Shown: positions 60,876 through 64,000 of the stretch, in pieces
How positions within the stretch are numbered: the stretch's first letter is position 1
Layout: the number at the start of each line of letters is the position of its first letter
Source of the DNA: Mobula hypostoma
Taxonomy: Eukaryota
Assembly: GCF_963921235.1 (NCBI RefSeq)
Contig: NC_086097.1
Location: forward strand, 81,098,001 to 81,162,000
DNA length: 64,000 nt
Direction: 5' to 3'
Program-made: the position numbers and the translations under genes
Notes under the pieces: generated by a model
What the model was told of the DNA's origin: nothing
What the model saw: the letters and a program-made list of their open reading frames with translations, nothing else
The model's database searches: none

Positions 60876-63489
60876 GCAAGACATGGAAGGGTTGGTTAGT
60901 AAGTTTGCAGACAATGCAAAAATTGGTAGCATTGTAGCTAGTCAGAAAACTGGCAAAGAATACAGTGCGATATAGATCATTTGTAGACATGAGCAAAGAA
61001 GTGGTAGTTGGCGTTTAACCCATCCAAATGTGAGGTGTTGCATTTTGGGAGAACAAATATAAAGAGACAGTACACTGTTGATGGCAAGTGGGATCTTGGA
61101 GATCCATTGTTCCCTAAAAGTGACTACGTAGGTTGGTAATGGTAAAGAAGGCATATGATATGCTTGCCTTTATTAGTCATGGAACTGAATTCAAGAGTCC
61201 GGAAGCTAAGTTGCACCTTCATACAACTCTAGTTGGGCTGCATGTGGAGCATTGCATTCAGTTCCCCATTATAAGATGTCAAGGCTTTGGAGAGGGTACA
61301 CACAAGGTTTACCAGAGTGCTATCAGGAATAAACGGCATGTGGTATTACGGGATGCTAGACAAACCTTTGCTGTTTTTTTCTAGAGCAGCAGAGGCTGAG
61401 GGGATTTCTGATTTAAGTTTATAAGATTATGAGAGGCATAGATAGTGTAGAGTTTCTTTTTCCCCAGGTTTGAAATGCCAAATAGCAGAAGGCATGCATT
61501 TAAGGTGGGGGGCGGGGACAAGTTCAAAGATGATGTGTTGGCAAGTTATTTTTTAAACACAGGGAGTAGTTGCTGCCTGATTGGAGGTAGAGACAAATAT
61601 GGTAGGGGCAATCCAGAGGCTCTCAAACAGGCACGTGAATGTGCAGGAAATAGAAGGATATACACATATGCACATGTCATTCCTAATTTGATCAGTTCAG
61701 GAAACATTATGGTCTGAATGGTTGACTGTTCCATGCTGTGCTCTACTGCTACTTAAAAACACTTTTATACTGCTACTTTCTACTGTCACAACATATGAAC
61801 GACTCAATTAGGCCATTCAATTACTTAAATCCATTAATCTAGTTTTGACATTTTCTATCAATTCTCAATGGTTTTTAACTTTAATCTTCAAGTTGTATCC
61901 CATTATCCTGTACAGCACTATCAGAAGAAATAATTTTGCTTTACCCTTTCAAATCTTTTGAGTGTTTTAAATATCTTAAATGTAATCACTCCTTAGTCGG
62001 CTATTCAGTTAAATATATCAAATGGATTACTCTGGTAATCCAAACTAGTTCAACAGAAAGAAAATATCCGCACTGAAACCTAACCTTTCACTCAAGTATT
62101 TCAAAAAGACAACTAAGCTGCTGCTTGCAATGCCAAAGAGTCGACAGTGGATTTGATGACTGACTCCATTGTCAAGAATTGGTCTCAATGACTCTTGTAT
62201 TAACTAAACTTTGAATCAAGATTGCATTACACACACACTCCTCAGCTTCCAGCCCATTTTTTCTAAGCCTTCTGTTCTTCAGTTATACATAAAGGCACAA
62301 TCCATATCACATACTTCTGACCTTGGTGAAACACAGCCTTATTCTTTTTTGATCCTGCAATGGCTGTGATGAATTTAGTTTCACAATTTTTTTAGTTTAT
62401 TTGGTAACTCAGCAAACATCTTACACCATTAAGCTGGGGAACAGACAATTTTTGATAATTGGCAAAGAAATTCTTGAAGAGTTTCCCCTTTTGACTAAAA
62501 ACACAGGGTAATATAAATAGAAAAAGCGTAAGTCAGTTAGGTCGTCTAATAGAAACAATGTGAGTAAGCCTCAACTAGATTCAGGCTTCAGAATGTGGAA
62601 GGCCAGTGAGGACTTGATTATCTAGAAATACATTCCCAGTTGGTCGCACTAAGATATAAACCAAATACAATGTGTTATTCCAAAATTCATTAAATTCTGT
62701 ACAGAATTTCAGAGGTCAGTATAACGCACTGATACTTCTTTGTTTTGTATTTAACACTGCCAACAAAGGGTGAATTTCAAGGCAATTTTCTTTATATCAA
62801 GTAATACGCATCTGAATAAGGGATGGACAGGTTGTTTATTACTTAAATTAAGACAAGCTGTGATTTAAGTTTTGAAAGTGATTGCCCAGTAGCTTCACCC
62901 ATTACGAAATAAAGTGGTTTCACAAGATCACATCTTTCTCAAATAAAGCGTTTCCACATCCAAAACAACTGAGGGAACTTACAGTATATGATATTCAACA
63001 ACATACAGTAAATGAGAATTGCAATATTCACTTTGTACATCAAAGGAAAGCATGTTTATCCTGGATTATAGCATCAGTCAGTAGGTAACAGCCCCTACAT
63101 TGACTCCAGTTTGTATGTAGCATGATCAAAAAAAGGAACAACTGGTATTGCCTAATCCAAGAAGGAATTTAATGGTGATGCAGTGCCACTGACAGACATC
63201 AAAATGGCAAATATCACCAGGTAAACCAGATTTCAAAGTACTCACAGCAGATTTCTGAAGTTTTTCTGCAATGCCATCAATGAGGTAACTCTCCAATAAC
63301 CCCTGTAATCTCTTTACATCTAGTCAGATTTTAGATAAATTATAGCATTTGTGAACACAAGCCAAATGATAAAGAGCAGCACAATAGTGGTGTACTTTGA
63401 AGGGGTAAGGGCACAGAAAATGTGACACAAATTATTATGATGATGCCACTTTATGCTCCGGGTTACGAGAATTTTGATAAACCACTAAA

Positions 63490-63850
63490 AGCTTTGATTT
63501 AACATTGTTTAGTAGCATTTCCAGGACATGTGTAAAGGAGAACAGAATATTTGTAACTACAGATCTGATAATGCAGCATATAAAAACAGATTAAAATAAA
63601 TAACACAATAACTTAAAAAAAGAAACACAATATAAATATAAGAGACAGCTTATATACATCGATTGAATGTGTGTACATGAAGTGACACTAGGTGCAGCAG
63701 TGTCTGTATGTAAGATGACTGACAGGAAGTGATAAAGTAGTGGTTGTCGACGGTATGATCAGCTGGGTTAGTGGGTGGAGGTGCTGATTCATCTTACTGT
63801 TCAGGGAAAGTATTGGTCCTGGTGTAGATGCGCCATAGCCTTCTCCCTGA
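63490..63850 (-). mobile_element. Rex1/Babar-type LINE 3' end
   Basis: Colinear with 27385-27830 (GTGTAAAGGAGAACA.AAT..). Confidence 0.7.
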
Positions 63851-63931
63851 GGAAAGTGCCTCAAACAGGCCATGATGTACCGTGTATTTTTCCCCAGGCT
63901 ACAAAATTTACTTTCAAGTTCTTGATGAATT

Positions 63932-64000
63932 AAGACCATAAGACAAAGGAGCAGAAGTCAGCCATTCGGCCCATCGAATCTGCTGCGCCATTTTATCATG
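63932..64000 (-). mobile_element. CR1 3' tail running off the window end
   Basis: AAGACCATAAGACA..GGAGCAGAA..GCCATTCGGCCCATCGA, matching 18538-18600. Confidence 0.8.

Larger units (their letters stand above)
59300..61745 (+). mobile_element. Heavily decayed CR1 LINE with nested inserts
   Basis: VMGDFNFPNIDW (APE), LNEYFASVFTKE, VSKFADNAKIG, KKAYDMLAFISHG. Inserts: LINE tail with (GACTT)n at 59505-59622, hAT MITE, Penelope unit, microsatellite. Confidence 0.85.

Noticed and set aside
60708..60996. ORFs rich in YI/HT/CV
   Set aside because: Translations of the (CA)n/(TA)n microsatellite.
1..64000. CRISPR arrays, prokaryotic operons, tRNA or rRNA genes
   Set aside because: None seen; recurring motifs are dispersed retroelement ends, not regularly spaced repeats.

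Overview
This is AT-rich, CpG-depleted vertebrate genomic DNA, not prokaryotic. The repeat mix (CR1 LINEs with 8-bp tail repeats, Rex1/Babar LINEs, Penelope-like elements, Tc1 derivatives) suggests a cartilaginous fish, probably a ray (inference). Roughly half the window is nested, mostly decayed transposable elements: a HERO-type RLE retrotransposon end, many CR1 and Rex1/Babar fragments (one CR1 with an uninterrupted 427-aa RT frame), an 897-bp solo LTR with a 4-bp TSD, a full-length decayed IR/DR Tc1, and Tigger/hAT/Tc1 MITEs. No intact host gene can be called; the window looks like a large intron or gene desert. Main points of interest: (1) about 15 copies of a Penelope pseudo-LTR unit carrying a minimal type-I hammerhead ribozyme motif, several as ~200-bp fold-back mini-elements, one with an 11-bp TSD; (2) an intronless, decayed ubiquitin copy at 46.8-47.0 kb that the ORF track misses; (3) a candidate 6-nt microexon and three candidate symmetric exons; (4) an old ~190-bp duplication with codon-like divergence; (5) a palindromic templated-insertion scar at ~58 kb. 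Boundaries of old repeats are approximate, and family names come from motif recognition, not database searches.
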